Positions 1-8,429 of a stretch of 49,639 nucleotides of DNA are shown piece after piece. The DNA is from an uncultured Spirochaetaceae bacterium. Lineage in GTDB: Bacteria; Spirochaetota; Spirochaetia; SZUA-6; DRHE01. The DNA is taken from assembly GCA_964495755.1 (NCBI GenBank), contig CAZBXU010000003.1, forward strand, positions 1 to 49,639, read 5' to 3'. How positions within the stretch are numbered: the stretch's first letter is position 1; every line of letters begins with the position of its first letter. The position numbers and the translations under genes were made by a program. The notes beneath the pieces are model-generated. The model saw only the letters and a list, made by a program, of their open reading frames with translations, was not told the DNA's origin and ran no database searches.

Positions 1-95
1 TACTTTGTATTATACTATACTCAAAGAGACGAAGACAAGCAAGACGGGGAATCTCTCTGTACTCCACCCCTGTTCAGTTCAAGGGACTCGCCCGG

Positions 96-683
96 TTAGA
101 GCAGTTGAAAGGTGGTGATACAGGTGTTGCTGTCGGGGAAGGTCCCGATCGTTTCTGCGGTTTTGCGGCCCAGCGCTTCCATCGTGATCGTGATTTCCTG
201 ATTCCGGGGGAGCCACAGCTCCAGGAAGCCGTTCTTCATCGTGGTGATCTCCTCGTCCAGGAGCACCGCGCCGTCGGTTGAAGTCGCTGAAACCTTCACG
301 GGCATCTCGATCAGCTCGCCCTGACAGCCGGACATGTAGTGGATTTCGCATGGGTGAGTCTTGCTGATATAGGGGGCGAAGGCTACAACTATTCGATCTG
401 CGGGAAGCGGGATTTCCACAGTTTTGCCGCTCTTCTTGAAGGTTACTTTGACCGCTTCGGTGTCCACGAAACTTTGAACCTCGGGAGTGGCGGTACCCCA
501 TTTGTTGGCCAGGGCTAAAGCTTCCCGGGCATTTAGAGCTTCGAGAAGCTCGGGGCCAATCCGGGGGGAGGCGCTGTGAACCGGGGTGGGTGCATCACCC
601 CCGGCGGGGCGCCTCGAGTCCGCACAGCTTGCCAACAGCAGGGGGAGCAGGATCAACAGGAGAATTGCAGCGCGGTGTATCAT
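96..683 (-). CDS. Secreted lipoprotein, possibly CueP-like metal-binding family
   Basis: 195-aa ORF. It has a signal peptide with lipobox LLLASC. The C-terminal half carries Cys/His motifs THPCEIHYMSGCQGEL, GFLELWLPR and TCITTFQL, which I recall from CueP-type periplasmic metal-binding proteins. The family name is tentative. Confidence 0.6.
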   Translation of the reverse strand: MIHRAAILLLILLPLLLASCADSRRPAGGDAPTPVHSASPRIGPELLEALNAREALALANKWGTATPEVQSFVDTEAVKVTFKKSGKTVEIPLPADRIVVAFAPYISKTHPCEIHYMSGCQGELIEMPVKVSATSTDGAVLLDEEITTMKNGFLELWLPRNQEITITMEALGRKTAETIGTFPDSNTCITTFQLL

Positions 684-714
684 GGTTCTGTCCTTTCTAT
701 GTGAATCTTCAGTG

Positions 715-748
715 ATTATACTTTATCAATTCTCTAATGTACTGTCAA
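715..748 (-). promoter_or_regulatory. Candidate sigma70 promoter for the 96-683 lipoprotein gene
   Basis: The minus strand reads TTGACA (748-743), a 17-nt spacer, then TAAAGT (725-720), with an overlapping TATAAT at 720-715. An AAAGGA ribosome-binding site precedes the ATG at 683. Confidence 0.4.
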
Positions 749-852
749 CGGCTGGGGAGATTCGGGGTGTGATTCAATAACCTAGAAGGTCGGCAAGGTC
801 AACGGGTCAAATTTCAAATAGTCTCTAGAGTCATTCTGACCCGTTTGCGATT

Positions 853-1445
853 TCAACGTACCATCTTCTCTCCCGCCGGGATCGGCACTTCCAGGAGGTT
901 TTCCTCTGGGGCGAGGGGGCAGCTGTAGGTATAGTTGAACACGCAGTAGGGGTTGTAGGCCAGGTTGAAGTCGATGGTGATATCTGCCTCCCGCTGCTGG
1001 AAGAGGTCGATATACCGCCCTCCGCCGTAGGTCTCCTTGCCGCTCGTTCGATCTCGGAAAGCCAGAAACAGCCTGTTGCTCACCCGGCTGTCACGGTCTT
1101 TGAGCAGCAGCAATCTCTGCCGATTTCCCTGAAGGTCAAACTCAGCCCAGGCGTAGCGCACATAGCGGCGCACCGTGCCGTCGCTGGTCGGGACCAGCAG
1201 TTCCTCCTGCCCTGCAATCAGGGCCAGCCGAGCCGTTACCCGGAAGGCCGGGTCGGGAGGGAAATAGCTCAGCCCTTGAAAGGCGAATCGGGAGATTGTT
1301 CCATAAAGAGATCGATCCGTTGCCGTTTTTCAAGGATCGAATTGATATATTCATTGGGACCCTCGATGCGCTTCACGACAAAGATAGTCAGAATGACGGC
1401 CACCGCGAGAAGCGGGAAGACAATAGTTTTCGCTTTCGGTTTCAT
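853..1445 (-). pseudogene. DUF1684 family protein with N-terminal TM anchor, interrupted by a 1-nt frameshift
   Basis: The ATG at 1445 opens a 58-codon frame (MKPKAKTIVFPLLAVAVILTIFVV...EKRQRIDLFMEQSPDSPFKG) that stops at TGA 1271-1269. The continuation GLSYFPPDPAFRV...RRYVRYAWAEFDL runs in another frame into ORF 853-1173. That ORF carries the DUF1684 hallmark GGGRYIDL...FNLAYNPYCVFN...CPLAP. Confidence 0.7.
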
Positions 1446-1618
1446 GGCTTTAGGTTTTGGCAGTCTTGAGTTTTCCCTCCTGCAGAAGCCTCAGGGTGCG
1501 GGATGCCCAGAGAACGCTTATAATGGCGGCCAGCAGCACCATCACCGCGGCGGTCAGAACCACCAGCCCCATCGCGGTGAGCAGGCTCTTCCGCCAGATC
1601 TCCCGAACCCGTTGTTTC

Positions 1619-1828
1619 ACCGATCCGTTGAATCGCTTTGGCCGGACAGGCTTGCACGCAGTCGCCGCATCTGTGCTCGAAGAATGCGATCTCTGGATCG
1701 CGGAGTTGGGTTTCCGGATTGCTGCACCAAGGACAGCGCAAGGGGCATCCTTTCATAAAAACCAGAGTTCTTATCCCTGGTCCGTCATGGATGCTGAAGC
1801 GCTGAATATCGGCAACTATACCCTGCAT
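1619..1828 (-). pseudogene. N-terminal remnant of a glycyl-radical-enzyme activating (radical SAM, PflA-like) protein
   Basis: The first ~70 codons of ORF 1442-1828 read FSIHDGPGIRTLVFMKGCPLRCPWCSNPE (radical SAM CX3CX2C), then CGDCVQACPAKAI. Past about 1619 the frame becomes G/A/R/D-rich filler, and the remaining ~230 residues of the family are absent. Confidence 0.55.
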
Positions 1829-1864
1829 TTTTTATTTAAATCTCTAGAGCGGCACCAGATACAC

Positions 1865-2950
1865 TCACCTTGAAACCGTAGAAAACGGATACTCGTTTAT
1901 TTCAGCGATCACATCTCTGACCTCGTATCGCGCCAGGCATTTCAATGAGCAGGATCCCCGTATCTTCAGTGAGGCTGGCAGATTGATGATGCCTGGAGTG
2001 TCTTTACCCTCGAGTTTCTCCAGCAGCACTTTCGCAGCGGTAAGGCCGATTTCTTTTACCGGCTGGCTCACCATTGTAAGCGGTGGAGCAAAGAATGGAG
2101 CCCAGGAGGTGTCGTCAAATCCAACAATCGCCAGTTCTTCGGGGCACATTATCTTCTCTTCTTTTATGGCCATGATAGCGCCTAGAGTCATGAGATTGTT
2201 AGATGTGAAAATGGCGCTTGGTCTTGGGTTTCTGCTCAGTAGTTGTTTAGTCCCATAGTATCCCCCCAATTGTTGGGACCCTCCGCTTACTATCAGATCC
2301 TTTTGCACAGGAATATCGTGTGCCCGCAGAGCATCCTCATACCCCAGGTATCTCTCTTCGGTCGTGGAGACCTTAACACCATAAACCATTCCAATCCTTC
2401 TATGGCCATCGTCTACCAGATGATTTATAAGCTCCTGACTGCTTTTCCTGTTGTCAACGATGATTGACGTGTAGGGGCAGTTCTGGGGAATCCTGTCGAT
2501 GAGCACAATTTTAGTGTCAAGGGACTCCATAACTTCAAGAAACGATTGATCGTCTCCGGCCGGAGTCAGGATAAGACCATCCACACCTTTTGAGAAAAAT
2601 ATTTTCAGTTTTGTGTTTTGCTTCAGCACATTCTCGTCGTTGCTCGCCAAAAGAATATTGTAACCAGCTTCTATAAGGACCTCCTCGACGCCGCGGATGA
2701 GCGGTCCGTAAAAGGGGTTCTGGATATCTGAAATTACCACGCCTACCGTCTTGGTTTTTTTTGTGGACAAGCTTCTGGCAACATCACTCGGATAATAATG
2801 TAGCTGCTTCACAGCCGACAGAACTTTGTGGCGTATCTCTTCACTCACGAACCTTGTGTTGTTGATTACGTGAGATACCGTAGCGGTGGAGACGCCGCAC
2901 ATCCTTGCTACATCAATGATTCGAGCTCTTTTACCGCCCATCGTTTGCAT
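1865..2950 (-). CDS. LacI family transcriptional regulator
   Basis: N-terminal helix-turn-helix ARIIDVARMCGVSTATVSHVINN, followed by a periplasmic-binding-protein-like sugar-binding core (VGVVISDIQNPFY, IVGFDD). The true start may be the second Met at 2941. Confidence 0.9.
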   Translation of the reverse strand: MQTMGGKRARIIDVARMCGVSTATVSHVINNTRFVSEEIRHKVLSAVKQLHYYPSDVARSLSTKKTKTVGVVISDIQNPFYGPLIRGVEEVLIEAGYNILLASNDENVLKQNTKLKIFFSKGVDGLILTPAGDDQSFLEVMESLDTKIVLIDRIPQNCPYTSIIVDNRKSSQELINHLVDDGHRRIGMVYGVKVSTTEERYLGYEDALRAHDIPVQKDLIVSGGSQQLGGYYGTKQLLSRNPRPSAIFTSNNLMTLGAIMAIKEEKIMCPEELAIVGFDDTSWAPFFAPPLTMVSQPVKEIGLTAAKVLLEKLEGKDTPGIINLPASLKIRGSCSLKCLARYEVRDVIAEINEYPFSTVSR

Positions 2951-3012
2951 TGTAACTTTGTATTAGTGCTAGTGTCATACGATCATCAGATAGAATGCGG
3001 GTTTCCCTTTTT

Positions 3013-4140
3013 TCATTGGAATAAATCCGAGGGTCCGGCTCCCTCGATAATATCTTTTAATCCCTGGATAAACTCCGCTCCTTCTACTCCATCGATCAGC
3101 CTGTGATCCAGTGCCAGCGCTATAGCCATGATATCCCTGGGGATGAATTCGCCACCGTTCCAGACGGCCTTCTTTTTTATCTGACCTATTCCCATCATGC
3201 CTGCTTCAGATGGATAGATAATCGGCACAAAACAGTCAACCGGATACATACCCAAATTACTGATGGACATGGTGCCGGCCTGCAGGGCCTCCGCCGGGAG
3301 TTTTAACTCCTTTGTCTTTTCGATGAGGGCACGCACGGCCTGTTCCAGCTTGGTCATACTCATCCTGTGGGCATTACATATGTGGGGAATCATAATCCCG
3401 GCGTCTGTTTTTACAACGAAACCAACATTTATATCAGAGCGATCCGTGATGGCACCTCTGTCCCATACCCTGTTCAACGCCGGGTGCTTTTCTATGAGTG
3501 CGGAGCAAGCCTTAATGAGTATTGTGATAATCGATGGTTTGAGCTCACTACCCTGTGCCTGCCTCTGCCGTTGCTCCAGCATATTAGTAACGTCGAAGGA
3601 CGAAAACAAATAATAGTGGGGTATCGTTGTTTTGCTTTTAGTGGTGGCTTCGGCCGTCCTCCTACGCATGCTGTCGGATAGAACTTTTCCGGAAGATCCC
3701 CCGCGGCCCTCTTCTTCAATAGAGACTTCATGTCGCAGCATTTGTTGCTTGATATATCTCTCAACATCAGACTTTTGTATACGACCGTTCGGGCCGCTTC
3801 CTTCGATCTCGGACAGTTGAACTTGATGCTCCGCAGCTATTTTTCTGGCGACAGGAGAGACAAAAAGCTCGTCCGTTTCAGGTTCGCCCAAGGATTCATT
3901 CATGGAGTCTGCAAGGTAGCCGACGACTTGAGAAACCGCGGCTGACTCACCAGCCTGAAAATTGATTTTTTTGAGAAAGCCGGAACGGGAAGAAGCGATA
4001 TCCAGAGTGGTCTTTTCTGTTTCAACCGTGACCAGCAGCTCCTCTTTATCGACGAACTCCCCTTCTTTCTTGTGCCACTTGACAATCTGCAGAGTTTCGG
4101 CGGTAAGCCCTGTTTTGGGAGCCCGAATCTCGGTGATCAT
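3013..4140 (-). CDS. Dihydrolipoamide acyltransferase (E2) of a 2-oxoacid/acetoin dehydrogenase complex
   Basis: It has a lipoyl domain with VETEKTT (the lipoyl-lysine), an E3/E1-binding domain VSPVARKIAAEH...GSGPNGRI, and the catalytic LDHRLIDG motif. Confidence 0.9.
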   Translation of the reverse strand: MITEIRAPKTGLTAETLQIVKWHKKEGEFVDKEELLVTVETEKTTLDIASSRSGFLKKINFQAGESAAVSQVVGYLADSMNESLGEPETDELFVSPVARKIAAEHQVQLSEIEGSGPNGRIQKSDVERYIKQQMLRHEVSIEEEGRGGSSGKVLSDSMRRRTAEATTKSKTTIPHYYLFSSFDVTNMLEQRQRQAQGSELKPSIITILIKACSALIEKHPALNRVWDRGAITDRSDINVGFVVKTDAGIMIPHICNAHRMSMTKLEQAVRALIEKTKELKLPAEALQAGTMSISNLGMYPVDCFVPIIYPSEAGMMGIGQIKKKAVWNGGEFIPRDIMAIALALDHRLIDGVEGAEFIQGLKDIIEGAGPSDLFQ

Positions 4141-5129
4141 GAAATCTTTTCTGTGGTACGGGTCAGCTTCCGGGCGGCGTTGACGATATCATCAACCTGA
4201 GGCAGTACAAAGCTCTCGAGGACCGGTGAAAAGGGAATCGGAGTGTCTTTCCCGCACACACGCAGCACCGGTGAATCCAGGTAGTCGAAGGCTTGCTCGA
4301 CGATCAGAGATACTATCTCCGCCCCCATACCACATGTTTTGGGGGCTTCATGAACAACAAGGGCTTTATTCGTCTTTCTTACCGACCCGATTATTGTCTC
4401 CATGTCCAGAGGGTTCAAGGTTCGTGGATCGATCAGCTCGATTGAAATTCCCTCTTCCTCGAGTTTTTGTGCTGCTTCCATAGCTTTGTGAACCATCATC
4501 CCTGTTGCAACAACGGTCAGATCTGTTCCCTGCCGCTTGACATCCGCCACACCAAGAGGTATTGCGTAGGTTTCTTCGGGCACTTCCCCTTTGATGTCAT
4601 AGAGAACACGGTGTTCGAGGAACAGCACAGGATTGGGGTCCTTGATCGCTGATATTAGAAGCCCCCGAGCATCCCCCGCTGTGGAAGGAAAGACAATTTT
4701 CAGACCAGCCACGTGGATGAACATCGCTTCGTTGCTTTGTGAGTGTTGGGCCGCCGCGGAAAGACCGCCTCCCACGGTTGTTCTGATCACGATCGGTAAA
4801 ACGGCCTTTCCACCGAACATATACTTCATCTTGGCCATCTGATTGACTATCTGGTCCATTCCGATATAGAGGAAATCGCAAAACATGATTTCCGCAATCG
4901 GTTTCAAGCCAACGCATGCTGTACCTATAGCGGTGCCGATTATAGCCGCCTCGGAAATCGGCGTATTTTTAACTCTTTCGGAGCCGTATTTTTGCCATAA
5001 GCCTTTGGTCACCTGGAAGGCACCTCCGAGCTGTCCGATATCCTCGCCAAACAGCAGCACTGCAGGATCACTGCTCAAGGCGTCGTCCAGAGTTCTGTTG
5101 ATCGCATCTCGAAACGTCATTTGCGCCAT
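4137..5129 (-). CDS. 2-oxoacid/acetoin dehydrogenase E1 component, beta subunit
   Basis: 330 aa with a transketolase-like pyrimidine-binding and C-terminal domain pattern (FGEDIG..GGAF, NTPISEAAIIG). Its stop overlaps the E2 start. Confidence 0.9.
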   Translation of the reverse strand: MAQMTFRDAINRTLDDALSSDPAVLLFGEDIGQLGGAFQVTKGLWQKYGSERVKNTPISEAAIIGTAIGTACVGLKPIAEIMFCDFLYIGMDQIVNQMAKMKYMFGGKAVLPIVIRTTVGGGLSAAAQHSQSNEAMFIHVAGLKIVFPSTAGDARGLLISAIKDPNPVLFLEHRVLYDIKGEVPEETYAIPLGVADVKRQGTDLTVVATGMMVHKAMEAAQKLEEEGISIELIDPRTLNPLDMETIIGSVRKTNKALVVHEAPKTCGMGAEIVSLIVEQAFDYLDSPVLRVCGKDTPIPFSPVLESFVLPQVDDIVNAARKLTRTTEKIS

Positions 5130-5143
5130 TTGCTACCTTCCTA

Positions 5144-6115
5144 TTACACGATCGTGAATACATCGGAGTAGGCTTCCTGAACATCGGGAAGGGGGCTTTT
5201 CCTGGCGAACTCGACTGCCTGTTCCAGTTCGCGAGCTACTTCCTTCTCGATTTTGTCCAATATCTGCTCGGTGCTGATCTTGTTGGTCACCAGATAGTCT
5301 TTGAAGCGATTAATGGGGCATTTTTCCTTCCAGCGCGCAACGTCTTCAGCTGTCCGGTAGGGTTGCGGGTCGCCTTCCCAGTGCCCCCGCCATCTGTAGG
5401 TTTTACATTCAATGAAAGTCGGCCCCTTCCCCTGGCGCGCATCCTCTGCGGCCTTGTCGGCGGCTTCATACACTTTTACTACGTCGTTTCCGTCGACCGT
5501 GACCGCGGGCATATCATAGGCCATTGCCCTTCTCGCTACGTCTTTTATCTTTTGATGCTCCGATTGGGGTGTGGTTTGGGCAAACTGATTGTTCTCGCAA
5601 ACAAAAATCACGGGCAATTCCCAGGTCGATGCCAGGTTGCAGGCCTCGTGAAAGGGTCCGATGTTGGTGGCACCGTCGCCAAAGAAGCAGACACAGACCT
5701 TCTTTTCACCTTTATATTTGATCCCTGCCCCGGTTCCGGCTGCGATTGGCAAACCGCCGCCCACAATGCCATTGGCTCCTAAAATGCCGATATCAAGGTC
5801 TGCAATGTGCATCGACCCGCCTTTCCCCTTGCAGTATCCTGTTTTACGCCCAAAGAGCTCGGCCATCATTAGATCTATACGCCCTCCCTTGGCGATGCAG
5901 TGTCCGTGGCCTCTGTGAGTGCTTGTTATATAGTCCTCTTTGTTTAGGGCAGCGCATATTCCGCCTGCCACCGCCTCTTCGCCGACGTATATGTGCATGA
6001 AGCCGGGGATTTCTCCGTCCGCATACAACCGTATTACCTTTTCTTCGAAGCGGCGTATCTTTACCATAGTTTTGTAAATTTGCTCTGCAGTGTGTTTGAC
6101 AAAGGTTATACTCAA
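5144..6115 (-). CDS. 2-oxoacid/acetoin dehydrogenase E1 component, alpha subunit (TPP-binding)
   Basis: 323 aa with the TPP motif GDGATNIG...NN and YRWRGH. It uses a TTG start at 6115, preceded by GAGAGGTGAT. Confidence 0.9.
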   Translation of the reverse strand: MSITFVKHTAEQIYKTMVKIRRFEEKVIRLYADGEIPGFMHIYVGEEAVAGGICAALNKEDYITSTHRGHGHCIAKGGRIDLMMAELFGRKTGYCKGKGGSMHIADLDIGILGANGIVGGGLPIAAGTGAGIKYKGEKKVCVCFFGDGATNIGPFHEACNLASTWELPVIFVCENNQFAQTTPQSEHQKIKDVARRAMAYDMPAVTVDGNDVVKVYEAADKAAEDARQGKGPTFIECKTYRWRGHWEGDPQPYRTAEDVARWKEKCPINRFKDYLVTNKISTEQILDKIEKEVARELEQAVEFARKSPLPDVQEAYSDVFTIV

Positions 6116-6139
6116 CGGATCACCTCTCTATTCGAGTGA

Positions 6140-6165
6140 GTTAACCGCTTACGTAAGCGGTTAAC
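6140..6165. promoter_or_regulatory. Perfect 26-bp palindrome, candidate repressor operator of the E1/E2 operon
   Basis: GTTAACCGCTTACGTAAGCGGTTAAC is its own reverse complement. It lies 25 nt upstream of the TTG start at 6115 and just downstream of the putative -10 box. Confidence 0.5.
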
Positions 6166-6168
6166 AAT

Positions 6169-6197
6169 ATGCTATTGCATAAACGAGATACCGTCAA
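6169..6197 (-). promoter_or_regulatory. Candidate sigma70 promoter of the E1alpha-E1beta-E2(-LacI) operon
   Basis: The minus strand reads TTGACG (6197-6192), a 17-nt spacer, then TAGCAT (6174-6169). Confidence 0.5.
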
Positions 6198-6294
6198 GAT
6201 GTCGCGCCGCAGCATTGGAAGCGGCCGGTCGCGCAACAGCAGAGATTGTGCAGCAGCGTCGCTAATGTGGTATAGTTGAGGCAGGAGGTATGGC

Positions 6295-6966
6295 ATGAAG
6301 CTGAACCGATCTACAATGATCACCATTCTTACGGTTGTGCTTGCTGTAATTACAGGAATTCTACTGAGCGGCTGTGTGACCGCTGGTGCCGCCGAATGTA
6401 CGGAAGACGGACAGATCCTCTGGGATAAAGACAGCGATCCGAAGCGGGACGCGCCGCGCTGGATCGATAATTGGAGGGCCGCCCTCAAAGAGGCGGGGGT
6501 GCGAGCTTCAGAAATACCGAAAAAGTACGTTGTCTACATGGGCGTTTCCGAGGAAAAACCCGATGAGCGGGCGGCTCGCTTCGACGCAGTCGAAGACATG
6601 CTCAAGCGCTACGCCGTGTATCTTCAAGCGGAGTTGGACCGCATCCTTCCCGAAGCGGCGGAGAAGGCCGGCGTTCGCCTGCCAGAGCTGAATACAGCCT
6701 TGGGGGCGGATATGGCGGTAAGCTACCTGCCCAGAGAACCGATAGAGGCCAACGTCATCCGGGCTTACTGGAGCGCAAGGGGCAAGCTCTGTCCCGACCT
6801 CACCCAGACCGTCTACCGAATCTACGTTCTCGGGGCTTTCGACAAAGACGCCCGCAGGGATCACGTGCGCGAGGCGGCGATCGAAACCTTCAAATATGCC
6901 ATCATCCGGGGTGAGGATAAGGATCGGGTGCTCGCGGAAGCGGAGCGGCTGATTCGAAGATTGTAA
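6295..6966 (+). CDS. Hypothetical lipoprotein
   Basis: 223 aa with a signal peptide and lipobox ILLSGC, and an AGGAGG ribosome-binding site. I recognise no family with confidence. Confidence 0.6.
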   Translation: MKLNRSTMITILTVVLAVITGILLSGCVTAGAAECTEDGQILWDKDSDPKRDAPRWIDNWRAALKEAGVRASEIPKKYVVYMGVSEEKPDERAARFDAVEDMLKRYAVYLQAELDRILPEAAEKAGVRLPELNTALGADMAVSYLPREPIEANVIRAYWSARGKLCPDLTQTVYRIYVLGAFDKDARRDHVREAAIETFKYAIIRGEDKDRVLAEAERLIRRL

Positions 6967-6967
6967 T

Positions 6968-8317
6968 TCAGACATTCCGCTGCTTCCACCGCTCTGACCG
7001 GAACCAGTAGACCATCGCCAAGCCTTGAACAACCGTGGCTGTAGTGATTGCCAACCAGACGCCAATGGGGTTCCCGCCGAAAAGACCGGGAAGAAAGTAG
7101 GCCAGGGGAAGCTGGATTCCCAGCAAGCTAACAGCCAGGATGATCATGGTGGCCACGGTATCTCCCGCACCATTCAAGGCACTGGCCATTACGAGCCCCA
7201 AGGCCAGGAAGAGATACCCGCCGATGCGGACACGAAGATATTCAGATCCGATTTCCAGGATTCCTGTAGTTTGGTTGAAAAGTCCTATGATCTGCCGGGA
7301 AAAAACAAAGAATACGGCGCCAATGACGAGAAGCAGCGCCGCGTACAGGCCGGCAGCGATCCAAGCGCTTCGCTGTGCTCGATCTGGCTGCCCGGCCCCC
7401 AGATTCTGCCCTACCAATGTGGCGGCGGCCGCTCCCAACGCCCAGCCCGGCATCATGACAATCAGGTCCAGCCGCAGTCCGATGCCGTAAGCCGCCGTTG
7501 TCAGCACGCCGAAGCTTGTCACTATTCTCATGAGCAGCAGATTGCCCAGGCTGCGTACCGCCCCTTGCATCGTACCGGGAACGGCCAGCTTGAGCATGCG
7601 CCAGATCAGATTGAAATCCAACCGATAGCGTCTCCAGTCTATGGTGAGGCGGGTGTGGCCCCGAGTGAGAATGTACAGCCCGGCGGCCATCCCCGTTCCC
7701 TGGGCGATCACCGTAGCCGCCGCCGCTCCTCGCACCCCCATTTCCGGAAAGATCCAGATGCCAAAAATGAGGAGAGGATCGAGTACGATATTAATTACCG
7801 TAGAGGCGGCTATGATCAGCATCGGCGAACGGGCATCCCCGATGCCACGCATGATGGCGCTGGTTAGAAAGAACAGGACAAGAGTAACAGATCCATCGAA
7901 CACGATGTTCAAATAACCTACAGCGAGATGCAGGAACTCGTCCCGAGCCCCTAGAGCGACAAGGGCTTTTCGCCCGAAGAAATTGACGAACAGAACCAGC
8001 AACAGAGATACAACGACACCTAAGGAAATCGACTGCATGGCGGTCAATCCGGCGGTTCGGCGATCGCCTGCACCGTAGAAGCGGGCCACCATGGCGGTCG
8101 TGCCTATGGTCACTCCGATCAGAAGAGTCCAGGAGATCTGCATCAGCAGACCGCAGAGAGCCACTGCGGCGATCGCTGATGGACCCAACCTGCCCACGAA
8201 GATCATGTCCACGACATTGAAGGCGTTCTGCAGAACATTGCCCGCGACCATGGGCCAGGCCAGATGGAGGACATTCTTGAAGACATTACCGCGAGTAAGA
8301 TCGGCTTTCTCAATCAT
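6968..8317 (-). CDS. MATE family efflux transporter
   Basis: 449 aa and about 12 TM helices. The N-terminus (LTRGNVFKNVLHLAWPMVAGNVLQ) and internal repeat are typical of NorM/DinF-type MATE proteins. Confidence 0.85.
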   Translation of the reverse strand: MIEKADLTRGNVFKNVLHLAWPMVAGNVLQNAFNVVDMIFVGRLGPSAIAAVALCGLLMQISWTLLIGVTIGTTAMVARFYGAGDRRTAGLTAMQSISLGVVVSLLLVLFVNFFGRKALVALGARDEFLHLAVGYLNIVFDGSVTLVLFFLTSAIMRGIGDARSPMLIIAASTVINIVLDPLLIFGIWIFPEMGVRGAAAATVIAQGTGMAAGLYILTRGHTRLTIDWRRYRLDFNLIWRMLKLAVPGTMQGAVRSLGNLLLMRIVTSFGVLTTAAYGIGLRLDLIVMMPGWALGAAAATLVGQNLGAGQPDRAQRSAWIAAGLYAALLLVIGAVFFVFSRQIIGLFNQTTGILEIGSEYLRVRIGGYLFLALGLVMASALNGAGDTVATMIILAVSLLGIQLPLAYFLPGLFGGNPIGVWLAITTATVVQGLAMVYWFRSERWKQRNV

Positions 8318-8429
8318 TACGATATTGCGACCATTGCGACAAATCCCGTTCCTAACGAAGTCCCAATAGTAGCACGGATTTCGCTTGACAGGATATCGAA
8401 GCCGAGACTACAGTGGTAAAACTCGCAAT

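Noticed and set aside
801-845. Inverted repeat AACGGGTCA / TGACCCGTT just downstream of the DUF1684 stop, considered as a terminator.
   Set aside because: The loop is 27 nt and no T-tract follows on the relevant strand. This is not convincing as an intrinsic terminator.
8385-8414. TTGACA-N18-TACAGT as the promoter of the first sugar permease gene.
   Set aside because: It would leave only a ~9-nt leader before ATG 8430 with no Shine-Dalgarno sequence. The TTGACA is also the first two codons of the tracked ORF. It is too ambiguous to annotate.
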